Assembly (NCBI GenBank): GCA_964016885.1
Contig: OZ024756.1
Span: 12,090,001-12,154,000 of the forward strand
DNA from: Eledone cirrhosa
Lineage: Eukaryota
Direction of reading: 5' to 3'
Length of the DNA stretch: 64,000 nucleotides
Below, piece by piece: positions 1 to 12,265 of this stretch (within the stretch, counting starts at the first letter, position 1; every line of letters starts with the position of its first letter). Below the pieces are notes generated by a model, which saw only the letters and a list, made by a program, of their open reading frames with translations, was not told the DNA's origin and did not search any database. Both the position numbers and the translations under genes were made by a program.

Positions 1-1059
1 ACACACTCACAGACACACTGAGACTCAGGCTCACATACACACACACTCACAGACACACTGAGACTCGGGCTCACATACATACACACACACACACTGAGAC
101 TCAGGCTCACATACACACACACTCACAGACACACTGAGACTCAGGCTCACATACACACACACTCACAGACACACTGAGACTCAGGCTCACATACACACAC
201 ACACACTGAGACTCAGGCTCACATACATACACACACACACTGAGACTCAGGCTCACACACACACACACACACACACTGAGACTCAGGCTCACACACACAC
301 TGAGTCTCAGGCTCACACACACTGAGACTCAAGCTCACACACACACACTGAGACTCAGACTCACATACACACACACACACACTGAGACTCAGGCTCACAT
401 ACATACACACACACACTGAGACTCAGGCTCACATACACACACACACTGAGACTCAGGCTCACACACACACACACTGAGACTCAGGCTCACACACACAGAC
501 ACACTGAGACTCAGGCGCACACACAGACACACTGAGACTCAGGCTCTCACACACACACACTGAAACTCAGGCTCACACACACACACTGAGACTCAAGCTC
601 ACACACACACACTGAGACTCAGACTCACATACACACACACACACTGAGACTCACTCACATACATACACACACACTGAGACTCGGGCTCACATACACACAC
701 ACACACAGAGACTCAGGCTCACATACACACACACACAGAGACTCAGGCTCACATACACACACACACACACACACAGAGACTCAGGCTCACATACACACAC
801 ACACACACACTGAGACTCAGGCTCACATACACACACACACACACACACTGAGACTCAGGCTCACACACACACACACACACACAGAGAGACTCAGGCTCAC
901 ATACACACACACACACTGAGACTCAGGCTCACATACACACACACACACACACAGAGACTCAGGCTCACATACACACACTGAGACTCAGGCTCACACACAC
1001 ACACACACACACTGAGACTCAGGCTCACACACACACACACACACACACTGAGACTCAGG

Positions 1060-1110
<51 letters not shown>
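1..1110. repeat. Compound minisatellite (CA)n-CTGAGACTCAGGCT
   Basis: Dozens of tandem units visible directly. Confidence 0.95.
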
Positions 1111-1115
<5 letters not shown>

Positions 1116-1223
1116 CAATGAACCAACACAATTATTTCTGAGGCACTTTTCTTCCATGTTGCCATTTATAACTTCCTGATATTGTCTTTATTGTCAAAAA
1201 TATCCAGTGGCCATTGATATATA

Positions 1224-1294
<71 letters not shown>

Positions 1295-1345
1295 TCATCA
1301 TCACCATTTTACGTCCGTTCTTCCATGCTAATGTAAGGTTAGATG

Positions 1346-1893
1346 GAGGTACATGGCTTAGTGGTTAGAGCATTGGCCTTGCAATCGATAGGTTGTGAGT
1401 TCAATTCTCAGACCGGGTGATGTGTTGTTTCCTTGAGTAAGACACTTTATTTCACATTGCTCCAGTTTACTCAGCTGTAGAAATGAGATGATAGGACTGG
1501 GGTCCCTATCATTCCACTGCAAAGTGGTCGTGGAGGTGCCACGGCAAAAAAGCACCCAGCACTCACTGTAAAGTGGTTGTGGAGGTGCCACGGCAAAAAA
1601 GAGCACCCAGCACTCACTGTAAAGTGGTTGTGGAGGTGCCACGGCAAAAAAGAGCACCCAGCACTCACTGTAAAGTGGTTGTGGATGTGCCACGGCAAAA
1701 AAGAGCACCCAGCACTCACTGTAAAGTGGTTGTGGAGGTGCCACGGCAAAAAAGAGCACCCAGCACTCACTGTAAATGAGGTTGGTGTTAGGAAGGGCAT
1801 CCAGCTGTAGAAATCAAGCCAGAATCAGTTCCCGTCCCACCCTTGCAAGCAGGGAAAAGCGGACATAAAATGAAATGATGATGATGATGATGA
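1346..1893 (+). mobile_element. tRNA-derived SINE family A (CORE-like), with internal 51-bp tandem expansion and RTE-A-type tail
   Basis: A box TGGCTTAGTGG, B box GAGTTCAATTC, core TGTGTTGTTTCCTTGAGTAAGACACTTT, tail CCCACCCTTGCAAGCAGGGAAAAGCGGAC-(ATG)n. Confidence 0.9.
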
Positions 1894-2577
1894 TTGATAA
1901 CATCCAATGGCCTCTGTTGTATATACTTTTCTTACATTTCTGTAAATATTTCCATTATTTTAAATTGTTTACCACATTTTCTGTTTTATTTATCAAAGTA
2001 ATCACAAACATAGTTGATTGGACTTTTACTCATTTAATTAATTTGATATCAAGTTTTCTGAGTGTCACTGTGTGTGTGTGTTAGTCTGTGTATATATATA
2101 TATATGTGTCACTGTGTGTGTCTGTGTTAGTCTGTGTATGTATATATCTATCACTGCGTGTGGATGTCCTTGTGTGTGTGTCTGTGTTAGTCTGTGTATG
2201 TATATATGTGTCACTGTGTGTGTGTCTGTGTTAGTCTGTGTATGTATGTCACTGTGTGTGTTTTTCTCTCTGCTATATTCAGTACCAAACAACAAATTTA
2301 CCCTGGGGTATTTCCATCTTAATTCTATAATATATATATATTTACTTCTATAATATATATATATTTACTTCTATGATATATATATATTTACTTCTATATG
2401 TACATATATATTTACTTATGCAAGCGTGGAAGACGGATGTTAAACGATGATTTACTTCTATATGTATATATATATTTACTTCTATAATATGTATATATTT
2501 ACTTCTGTAATATATATATATTTACTTCTATGATATATATATTTATTTCTATAATATATATATATTTGCTTCTACAA

Positions 2578-2919
2578 TCATCATCATCATCATTTCATTT
2601 TACGTCCACTTTTCCCTGCTTGCAAGGGTGGGACGGCAACTGATTCTGGCTTGATTTCTACAGCTGGATGCCCTTCCTAACACCAACCTCATTTACAGTG
2701 AGTGATGGGTGCTTTTTTGCCGTGGCACCTCCACGACCACTTTGCAGTGGAATGATAGGGACCCCAATCCTATCATCTCATTTCTACAGCTGAGTAAACT
2801 GGAGCAATGTGAAATAAAGTGTCTTGTTCAAGGAAACAACACATCACCTGGTCTGAGAATTGAACTCACAACCTTTCGATTGCAAGGCCAATGCTCTAAC
2901 CACTAAGCCATGTGCCTTC
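2578..2919 (-). mobile_element. SINE family A
   Basis: Reverse complement of 1346-1893 without the internal expansion. Confidence 0.9.
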
Positions 2920-3279
2920 ACATATATATATATATAACATCCAATGGCCTCTGTTGTATATACTTTTCTTACATTTCTGTAAATATTTCCATTATTTTAA
3001 ATTGTTTACCACATTTTCTGTTTTATTTATAAAGGAATCACAAACATAGTTGATTGGACTTTTACTCATTTAATTAATTTGATATCAAGTTTTCTGAGTG
3101 TCACTGTGTGTGGATGTCCTTGTGTGTGTGAATGTTGGTCTGTGTATGTATATATCTGTCACTGTGTGTGGATGTCCTTCTGTGTGTGTCTGTGTTAGTC
3201 TGTGTATGTATGTCACTGTGTGTGTTTTTCTCTCTGCTATATTCAGTACCAAACAACAAATTTACCCTGGGGTATTTCC

Positions 3280-3752
3280 ATCTTAATTCTATAATATATA
3301 TATATACATTTACTTCTATAATATATATATATTTACTTCTATAATATATATACATTTACTTCTATAATATATATACATTTACTTCTATAATATATATATA
3401 TATTTACTTCTATGATATATATATATTTACTTCTATAATATATATACATTTACTTCTATAATATATATATATTTACTTCTGTAATATATATATATTTACT
3501 TCTGTATGTATATATATATTTACTTCTATATGTATATATATATTTACTTCTATATGTATATATATATTTACTTCTATATGTATATATATATTTACTTCTA
3601 TAATATATATATATATATTTACTTCTGTAATTTATATATATTTACTTCTATATGTATATATATATTTACTTCTATATGTACATATATATTTACTTCTATA
3701 GTATATATATATTTACTTCTATAATATATATATATATATATTTACTTCTATA
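3280..3752. repeat. Minisatellite TTTACTTCTATA(ATAT)n
   Basis: Tandem units; also at 2325-2575. Confidence 0.9.
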
Positions 3753-3753
3753 A

Positions 3754-6700
3754 TCATCATCGTCATTTTATGTCCGCTTTTCCCTGCTTGCAAGGGTGGG
3801 ACGGGTCCTATTCAGCACAGCATCTCTCCACTTGTCACGGTCCTTCACCACCTCTGCCCATGTTTTTCATGGTCTTCCTATACTGGGATTTCTAGGCACT
3901 TCTTCACGCAGCGATCATCCTCCATGCACATCAGTCTTCTCTCCCGTACACTACAACTTATCCCTCTCATACACAGCTTCTCTCTCAACTCATCTATGCT
4001 TGGTCGTTCACACACATTGACATGTAACGGAGCATGCTTGCTTCATTTCTCTCCAGCCGTCACATATCCTCTGCAGTTGCTGCCCATGTCTCACTACCAT
4101 GCAGCATCGCGCATCTCACACAGGCATCATAAAACCGGCCTTCCGTATGCAGGGAGAAACCCTTCTTTGTCAACAGGAGCAGCTACCTAAACTTCTTCCA
4201 ACCCATCCTTATTCTAGATACTATGGCCTTCGAACACCCCCCTCCCATGCTAATCTGATCTCCTAGGTACCAGAAGCTATCAACCACTTCTATAGAACCC
4301 ACTTGCATTTGAAAAATGTGTCTATCACTGCGACTTCTACTGTCAAATTTTCCTGTACATCTACTGCATACGTAGATTTCCCTTCCTATTAGTTTGCCTG
4401 CTATCCCACTACATCTCTTGTGTACCCAAGATCATTGTGTACATTTTATAGAATTTATGCCAGTTCCTTTTCTACATATCAAACATGACCATTTCCCTGT
4501 CGGAATCAAGAGTTTTGTTTGTCCTCTTTTCAACTTATCAACACTTTTGTCTTAGCTATGTTCACTCTCAGTCCTCTTGATTCCAACTGCTGTTTCAATA
4601 GCCAGAATTTATTTTCTAGCTCCTCTACTGATTCTGCTCTAAGAGCCAGATCGTCAGCATAGAGAAGTTCCCATAGGCAGCCAGTCTTCAACTCCTCTGT
4701 AATGGCTTGGAGGACTATAATGAACAAGAGCGGGCTGAGGACCGAACCCTGATGTCCTCCTACTTGTATCTGGAATACCTCACTAAACTCCATTCCTACT
4801 CTCACCTTACTGACAGCACTTCTGTACATAGTTTGCACTGTCCTCACAAACCATTGCTCTACACCTAGTTTCCTTAGGGACCACCAGGTGACAGATCAGG
4901 GTACCTATCAAAGGCCTTCTCTAGGTTAACAAAAGCTAAGTATAGTGGCTTATTCTTCTCTAAGAACCTCTCTTGTAGGTGTCTCACTAAGAAGAGGGCA
5001 TCTGTTGTACTTTTCCCAGGCACAAAACCAAACTGTATCTCATCTAATTTGACCCTTTCTCTAATTAGTTGCGCTTATATTCTTTCTGCCACTTTCATAA
5101 CCTGATCCATCAGTTTTATGCCCCTATAATTACTCCTCTCCAGAGCATCCCCTTTACCTTTGTAGCAATTTATGAGAATACTGCTGCACCAGTCTTTGGG
5201 TATGACACTGCCATATATAGCTTGATTGATGATGCGTGCAACCAGTTTAGTGCCCACTTCTCTTGATGCCTTCAGCATCTTAGCAACTATCCCCAACGGT
5301 CCAGCGGCCTTATCATTTTACATTTCCTTAATTGCCTCTTGGACCCTATATTCGTCAGTCTCAATAGCTGGTCCTACTGTCGGGTCTACTGGAGGTAATT
5401 TCTCTCTCTCCCATTTGTTCTCAACATTCATCAGTCTCTCATAATGACATATCCAGGCCTCCTTTTTCTGAACATTTGTGACACTAAGTACACCAGCATC
5501 ATTCTGGGCACACTTATTTCCAACAACATCCTGATTTACACTGACACACTGCCTTGCAATGCGGAACACCACACGTCTCTGACTTTCCTATTGCAGAACA
5601 TTGGCAAACCTACTCTCAGCCTCCCTGCGTGCTAAGTACACCTAACGTCTAGCTTCTCTCTTAGTGGCTGTGTATTGGTCTCTACTCCCACCATTTTTCC
5701 AAGCATTCCATGCTAGTCTTTTGTCTCTAATGGCCCTATCTACTGTGTTGTTCCACCACCAGATCAATCTCTGTCTGGTCGGAGCTCTGCTCCAGCCACA
5801 AGTTTCTTCAGTAGCCTGCAGTACGTTGTCACATGAGAAATTCCAGTTATCATATATGTCATACGATTCTAAATCGTCTTCTTATTCATCAAACACAGCT
5901 TGAAGGGCTTTCCTAAATTTATATTTTAGTGAAATGTCTTTTAGCTTCCAGACCTTCCTTTTCCACACCTTCCTGTATGTCTCATTTTGTTTCTTGTTTA
6001 CTGAGATGTCACTAATTACTAACCTATGCTGGGGGGTACATTCTTCTCCGGAGTACACCTTAGTATTTGAGACTATCTGTCTGTCTCGCTGCCTAACTAG
6101 CAAGAAGTCAATCTGGCTTATGTGCTCACCTGATATGTAGGTTATTAGGTGGTTGGTAGGCTTCTGGAAGTTAGTGTTGCAAATGGTTAGTGCATTTGCA
6201 TCACAAAATTCAAGAAGTCTCACTCCTTCTTCATTTCTTGAGCCGTAACCGTGCCCACCATGTACCCCAGTGTATCCATCCTGGAGCTATCCAACATCAC
6301 CATTGAAATCCCCTACTAGTATAACGATGTCTCTCTCCTCTGTCATTGTGGCTGTTTCTAAAAGTTGCTCGTAAAAGCAGTCTTTCTCTTCTTTACCTAG
6401 GCCTGCCTGGAGAGCATAGGCAGAGATGATTGTCAGTAGTCTCTTGCCTACAACTAATCTAAGCTTAATTATTCTATTACTGACTCTAACTACCTCTATT
6501 GTCTTATTGATCCATCTCTCAGCCAGTATAATGACTACCCCACCTAACCCATCATCATTACCCACTCAGAAAAGCTTATAACTAAGATGTTTGCCTGCAA
6601 TTAGTCTTGCAGAGGCACCTCTCCATCTCATCTCTTGCATGCACCACACATCTACATGCCTTCTCTCCAGCATCTCCACTATGTCACCAGATCTACCTGT

Positions 6701-7310
6701 TAGAGTGCCAACATTAAGTGTGGCAACTCTGAGATGCGACATCTTTATATTTTTGTTCTTGTTCCTGTTGTGCAATTGCTTAATGATGGTCGGGGGGTTC
6801 TCGCACATGGCTGCACCAGCCACCCCACAACCGTGCGCAGCCCTAACATAGTTAGTGTTATTGCTGTTTACGCAGTTGTTGCAATTCTCATTTGTTTGCG
6901 CTCATAGTTTTTGGCAGTAGTATATATACTGGTTGGATGCCCTTCCTAACACCAGCACCACTTTACAGCATGGCCTGGGTGCTTTTATTCGTGCCACCAG
7001 CACTAGGGAAGTTGTCTTAATGGACTCAGGAGACTTCTCTACCCCGCAACAATTTATTCAGAGTGGTAGTTCTCCTAGACGGGTTGCCTACGCTATGGCT
7101 TACGGAGCCTCTGTCCGCCCCGTGTGTGCGCTGAGCAGAACTTGGTTTAACATGCTATGTGCACGAGTCTTTAGCGTACAGCATCAGGCATGCATACCGG
7201 AAAGTGATAGATATAGGGTGGGTGGGATTAAAATGGCGATTTCCTAGCCTCTGTTATCCTAAACACGGCTATTCTATATGAGCGATTTTCCGTTGCGAAT
7301 ATACGCACGT
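3754..7310 (-). mobile_element. Near-full-length degenerate RTE-clade LINE (family A): APE endonuclease + reverse transcriptase
   Basis: ORF fragments: ATLNVGTLTG / MQEMRW, GDFNG, QIDFLLV (APE); NYRGIKL, QGSVLSPLLF, LLYADDL (RT). Many stops and frameshifts. (ATG)n tail at 3754. Confidence 0.93.
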
Positions 7311-7425
7311 ACACAACACACATATATATATATTAACAGCTATATAAATACAAACAGACATTAGTACATATATCTATATATATACAATATATTAATAAAT
7401 GGAAACTATATTTAAAAACCATAAT

Positions 7426-7490
7426 TATTTATTATATATATTTCAAGGGCAACCAAGGCAAATTATGGTGCGCTTTCATCAGATAAAATA
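7426..7490 (-). ncRNA. Minimal type-I hammerhead ribozyme motif
   Basis: Minus strand: tattttat-CTGATGA-aagcgcacca..tggttgccctt-GAAA-tatata-TA-ataaata. Confidence 0.7.
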
Positions 7491-8927
7491 CAAATTTGTT
7501 TTATAAATAAATATTGACATACCCGCATAAAGACAACCTTAACGGTTGAGGTTCACTGGATAGTGGAAATAATATTTTATTGAGGGTGATTCAAAGTTAG
7601 TGAGTGAGTATGCAAATGAGTGTCAGAAAAATTGAAAAAACAACGTTCTATTTAAATTAAACTGTTGGAAGGAAGTAGTGAAAAGGAGACATAAAAGGGA
7701 GAGAGAAAGAATAGTGAAAGGGAGAAAGAAGAAAAGAGATAGCGAGAAGAAAGAAAAACAAGATTATGCATAGTGATAGTGAAGAGAAGCTAGCAAAGAA
7801 ATGAGTTTTACATGGATGAATATTCAAATCATAAATATAATGTTCATTATGCTATGTTTATAATATTTAAAAATTAAATTAAGAATAAATAAAAATTAAA
7901 TAAAAATATTGTTAAAATTTTAAAATATTGTTAAAATTTAATTAAAAATTTAATTAAAAATAGGATATATTACAAAAAGAAGTATTCAAAATATATTAAG
8001 ATGTATTAATAATATATGGGTTTAGATGGGTATGTTATGTTATAGATTATAAATTATTTAAAAGTATAGTATTTTACATTGGAAAAAAAATCTAGTATAG
8101 TTTATTTAATTAAAGTAAGTTTGGCAAAATTATATTTAGCCAGAATTTATTAATAGTTGTAAGTCCAATCTTAAACATCTAAATAATTCCAAATATTACG
8201 AGAGTTTACAAAGGAATAAGTACTTAATTAGAAGTATATACTAAAACCATTTAAAAATTCAGACTATAAATTAAGACTATTAAAATTGAGATTATAAAAA
8301 CAATAAGGAAGTTTAAAGGAAGTTAAAAGGGATTTTTAGAAACTCAAATGACTCCAAGGATACATAAAAATCTCTTAAAAAGAAGTTATAAAAAGTTATA
8401 AAAATTCATCTTAAAATATAATTAAAACATAAACCATACATTATTCCACATATATATAAATATTTGGAAATATATGAAAATACATAAATATTAAAAATGT
8501 TTAAAATATTGGAAGATATGAAAATAATGGTTTTTCCGTATCTTACAAAAGGATCTTTCAAAAAAATTATACCAAAAGTTTTTTTTAAATTTTCAAAAAC
8601 CTTCAGAAAGTCTTTCAAAGGAAATTTTTAGAATTTTCAAAACCTTTTCTCAAAAGAATTTCAAGTAGTCATACAAATAGGTTATATATTTTTGGAGGTA
8701 GGATTGATAAGTGTAATAATACAAAGTATATTTATGAAGTAGAAATATTTGAAAGTAAATGTTTTAAGGGGTAAATTAAAAATTTAATAAGTGTATTTTA
8801 TATATTTAGGAAGTTATTAAGGTTAGAATTATATTAAATTCTTGAATCATATATAGATATAATCTGAGGGATGAGATTATAGGTGTTTGGATATAGAAAA
8901 CATTATGTAAGGAAGATTAACCATATA

Positions 8928-9362
8928 TTACATTTTATATATATATCTAAAAGTTGAATTTAAACGATGTTTACAAGAACTAAATAAATTATTACGCAAA
9001 TTAATAGAGTTCTTACATTTTAGTATAAAGAATATTTCTTCGATACATAGGCTGCAAAATTTGGATAAAGCTGTGTAGGATGGTGCTTTGGAGACAATAT
9101 TCCAAGATAAAGAATAGTTTATATTATTAGATTTTAAGTTCCATAATAAGTTGGATAGAGAAGTTGAAGATTTTTTACCAATATTCGTAAAGGAACATTT
9201 ATGGTTATTGAAACGAGATTTGAAGTCTGTCGAAGTAGAGCCAACATAGTTAAAGGAATTATCATTGGTTTTGACATTACAGTTGTATACTACATTTTTA
9301 ACTAAACAGTTATTATTTAAAGGACAGTTAGATTTATATATATATTTATGTATCTTCACCAA
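8928..9362 (-). pseudogene. PLE GIY-YIG endonuclease domain fragment
   Basis: VVY...YVG and downstream R, H, CxxC, E, N positions as in Penelope-like endonucleases. No RT recognised upstream. Confidence 0.8.
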
Positions 9363-9443
9363 TTTTGTTTTAGCTGTTTCATTGAAATACTGGAAATGTT
9401 TTAATTATATATCTCTATATTCATGTGTGTAAATATGTGTGTG

Positions 9444-9474
<31 letters not shown>

Positions 9475-9589
9475 TTATGTGTGTGTGTATATATATATAT
9501 ATATATAAGCAAAGGGATATTTAATTTGTTGGTAATTCAACAACTATATTTATAACAGATTCGAAGCACTCAACAAGTTTTCTGGAGTA

Positions 9590-9646
9590 TAATTATATAT
9601 ATTTCAAGGGTACCCAAACTTTGGTACGCATTCATCAGATAAAATA
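9590..9646 (-). ncRNA. Minimal type-I hammerhead ribozyme motif (weak stem I)
   Basis: Minus strand: tattttat-CTGATGA-atgcgtacc..ggtaccctt-GAAA-tatata-TA-att. Confidence 0.6.
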
Positions 9647-9851
9647 CAAAGTTTGTTTTATAAATAGTGACATACCCAGGAATCAGACCTTAACTGTTCA
9701 AGTTCCGTTTGACTATCCAATGTTTTTAATTAAACATACGGTATATTGCCAAATATACTATACATACATTCATGTATACATCGCTATTTCAGAGCACCAA
9801 TCCTAATCATCATCATCATCATCACCACCGTTTTACGTCCGTAATTATTAT

Positions 9852-10035
9852 TGGATTGGCAGTATCGGTAGAGGGTCGGACGCCATGTTTTCCAACATAG
9901 TTACGTCCCTTTACGATCTGAGTTCAAATCCCGCCGAGGTTAACTTTGCCTTTCATCCTTACGGGGTCGATAAAATAAAGTACCAGTAATGCACTGGGTA
10001 ATTGCTGGCCTTGTGCCTAAAGTAGAAACAATTAT
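9852..10035 (+). mobile_element. tRNA-derived SINE family B
   Basis: B box GAGTTCAAATCC plus conserved GAGGTTAACTTTGCCTTTCATCCTTACGGGGTCGATAAAATAAAGTACCAG. Other copies near 10958, 25113, 25315, 34195, 34420, 35000, 45285, 45860(-), 56384, 57525. Confidence 0.85.
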
Positions 10036-10089
10036 TATATTCTTTTACCTGTTTCAGCCATCCGGCTGAGGCCATGCTGGGGCACCGCC

Positions 10090-10890
10090 TATATATATGT
10101 TTGTGTGTGATATTCTTTCAGAAACATATTATATATATAATATGTTTGAGTGTGATATTCATACACAAACATATTATATATATAATATGTTTGTGTGTGA
10201 TATTCATACACAAACATATTATATATATAATATGTTTGTGTGTGATATTCATACACAAACATATTATATATATAATATGTTTGTGTGTGATATTCATACA
10301 CAAACATATTATATATATAATATGTTTGTGTGTGATATTCATACACAAACATATTATATATATAATATGTTTGTGTGTGATATTCATACACAAACATATT
10401 ATATATATAATATGTTTGTGTGTGATATTCATACACAAACATATTATATATATAATATGTTTGTGTGTGATATTCATACACAAACATATTATATATATAA
10501 TATGTTTGTGTGTGATATTCATACACAAACATATTATATATATAATATGTTTGTGTGTGATATTCATACACAAACATATTATATATATAATATGTTTGTG
10601 TGTGATATTCATACACAAACATATTATATATATAATATGTTTGTGTGTGATATTCATACACAAACATATTATATATATAATATGTTTGTGTGTGATATTC
10701 ATACACAAACATATTATATATATAATATGTTTGTGTGTGATATTCATACACAAACATATTATATATATAATATGTTTGTGTGTGATATTCATACACAAAC
10801 ATATTATATATATATATCTGTGTGTGATATTCATACACAAACATATTATATATATAATATGTTTGAGTGTGATATTCATACAGAAACATA
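10090..10890. repeat. 45-bp palindromic-unit minisatellite, about 17 copies
   Basis: Unit ATATATAATATGTTTGTGTGTGATATTCATACACAAACATATTAT. Confidence 0.95.
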
Positions 10891-10957
10891 CACACTGTGT
10901 AAGATAACATTAGTCAAAATCGGGAGCTTTTGGCCACAGGTATTTTTCATTATATAA

Positions 10958-11150
10958 GGGTAGATAGATTGGCAGTATCTGTAGAGGGTCGGACGCCATG
11001 CTTTGCAGCATAGAGTTACAGCCCTTTATAGTCTGAGCTCAAATCCCGCCGAGGTTAACTTTGCCTTTCATTCCTTACGGGTTCGATAAAATAAAGTACC
11101 AGTAATATACTGAGATAATTGCTGGCCTTGTGCCCCAAAAGTAAAAACAG
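10958..11150 (+). mobile_element. SINE family B
   Basis: Same sequence as 9852-10035. Confidence 0.85.
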
Positions 11151-11723
11151 TTATATAAAGTGTTTGTATTTGTTTGTTCATATATGCACCTGTTTGCTTT
11201 CAACAGCCACGGTGTGTATACACACACCCTTCCATAAACCTTTCCACTGAAAAAGGCATCAAATTCCATTAATTTGTGGGTGGTTGTGTGTTTTTATATG
11301 TGCACCTGTCTGCCTCCAACAGCTCTACACACTATATGCATTCTTCACACTATATATGCATTCTACACTACACTACACAGACGTTACCTACTCTCTAAAT
11401 ATACTTTATACACTCATGCACACTTACATAGAATACTATATATATAGTATATAGAAACTATTATTTCACACACACACATGTATATATATATATCTACACA
11501 TACACACACATGTATATATATATATATCTACACATACACACACATGTATATATATATATATCTACACATACACACACACACATGTATATATCTATATCTA
11601 CACACACACACACACATGTATATATATCTACACATACACACACACACGTATATATACATATCTACACACACACACACATGTATGTATATATATATATATA
11701 TATCTACACATACACACACATGT

Positions 11724-11891
11724 CTATCTATCTATCCAAGGCGGGTAAAATTCCCGAGATCCATGGACGAGTTCTCTCCAGCGGTCTCTATCCCTCATCG
11801 CTGCCATATCCTGCATCTCCAACAGACCAGTGTCTGTCCTTAGGGCATCAACATATGTTAACCTTGGTCTTCCTCATCTAGTGTGTCCATG
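11724..11891 (-). mobile_element. 3' fragment of a LINE (family C) with (TAGA)n tail
   Basis: Minus strand encodes GRPRLTYVDALRTD..MRDRDRWRELVH, an RTE-like C-terminus. Second copy at 56666. Confidence 0.75.
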
Positions 11892-11950
11892 TATATATAT
11901 ATCTACACATACACACACATGTATATATATATCTACACATATACACACAC

Positions 11951-11991
<41 letters not shown>

Positions 11992-12153
11992 ACATACACA
12001 TATATATGATTTTGACCCTTGCAAGAAGCTCATCATCAAATTACTCAAAACTGTCTCCAATTGTTAGTTTTATCCTAGCATATGTTGTATGCTAAGAGAG
12101 AGACCACCATTTGGCTTATCGGGAAAATGAATTAATGGATTTTATTTTTGTTG

Positions 12154-12187
<34 letters not shown>

Positions 12188-12265
12188 CAATTTTGATGCT
12201 GATGATGATGATTGTTATAATAATAGCAATATATATTAATATCTTTTATTGATTTCTTTCTTTAG

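Larger units (their letters stand above)
7320..9800 (-). mobile_element. Penelope-like element remnant(s): GIY-YIG endonuclease fragment with hammerhead-bearing terminal regions
   Basis: ORF 8928-9362 (CPLNNNCL..VVY..YVGST..FKSRFNNH..LSNLLWNLK..CSLCIEE..N.R..CKH). Hammerhead motifs at 7426-7490 and 9590-9646. Confidence 0.8.

Noticed and set aside
1346-1417. tRNA gene
   Set aside because: A/B boxes are present, but the head runs into a SINE core and tail and is multi-copy.
7010-7310. HDV-like ribozyme at the RTE 5' end
   Set aside because: Known for some RTE elements, but I could not build a convincing nested double pseudoknot by eye.
1-12265. Upstream or start exon of the GTPase gene
   Set aside because: No convincing phase-1 donor exon was found among the repeats; it probably lies before the window.
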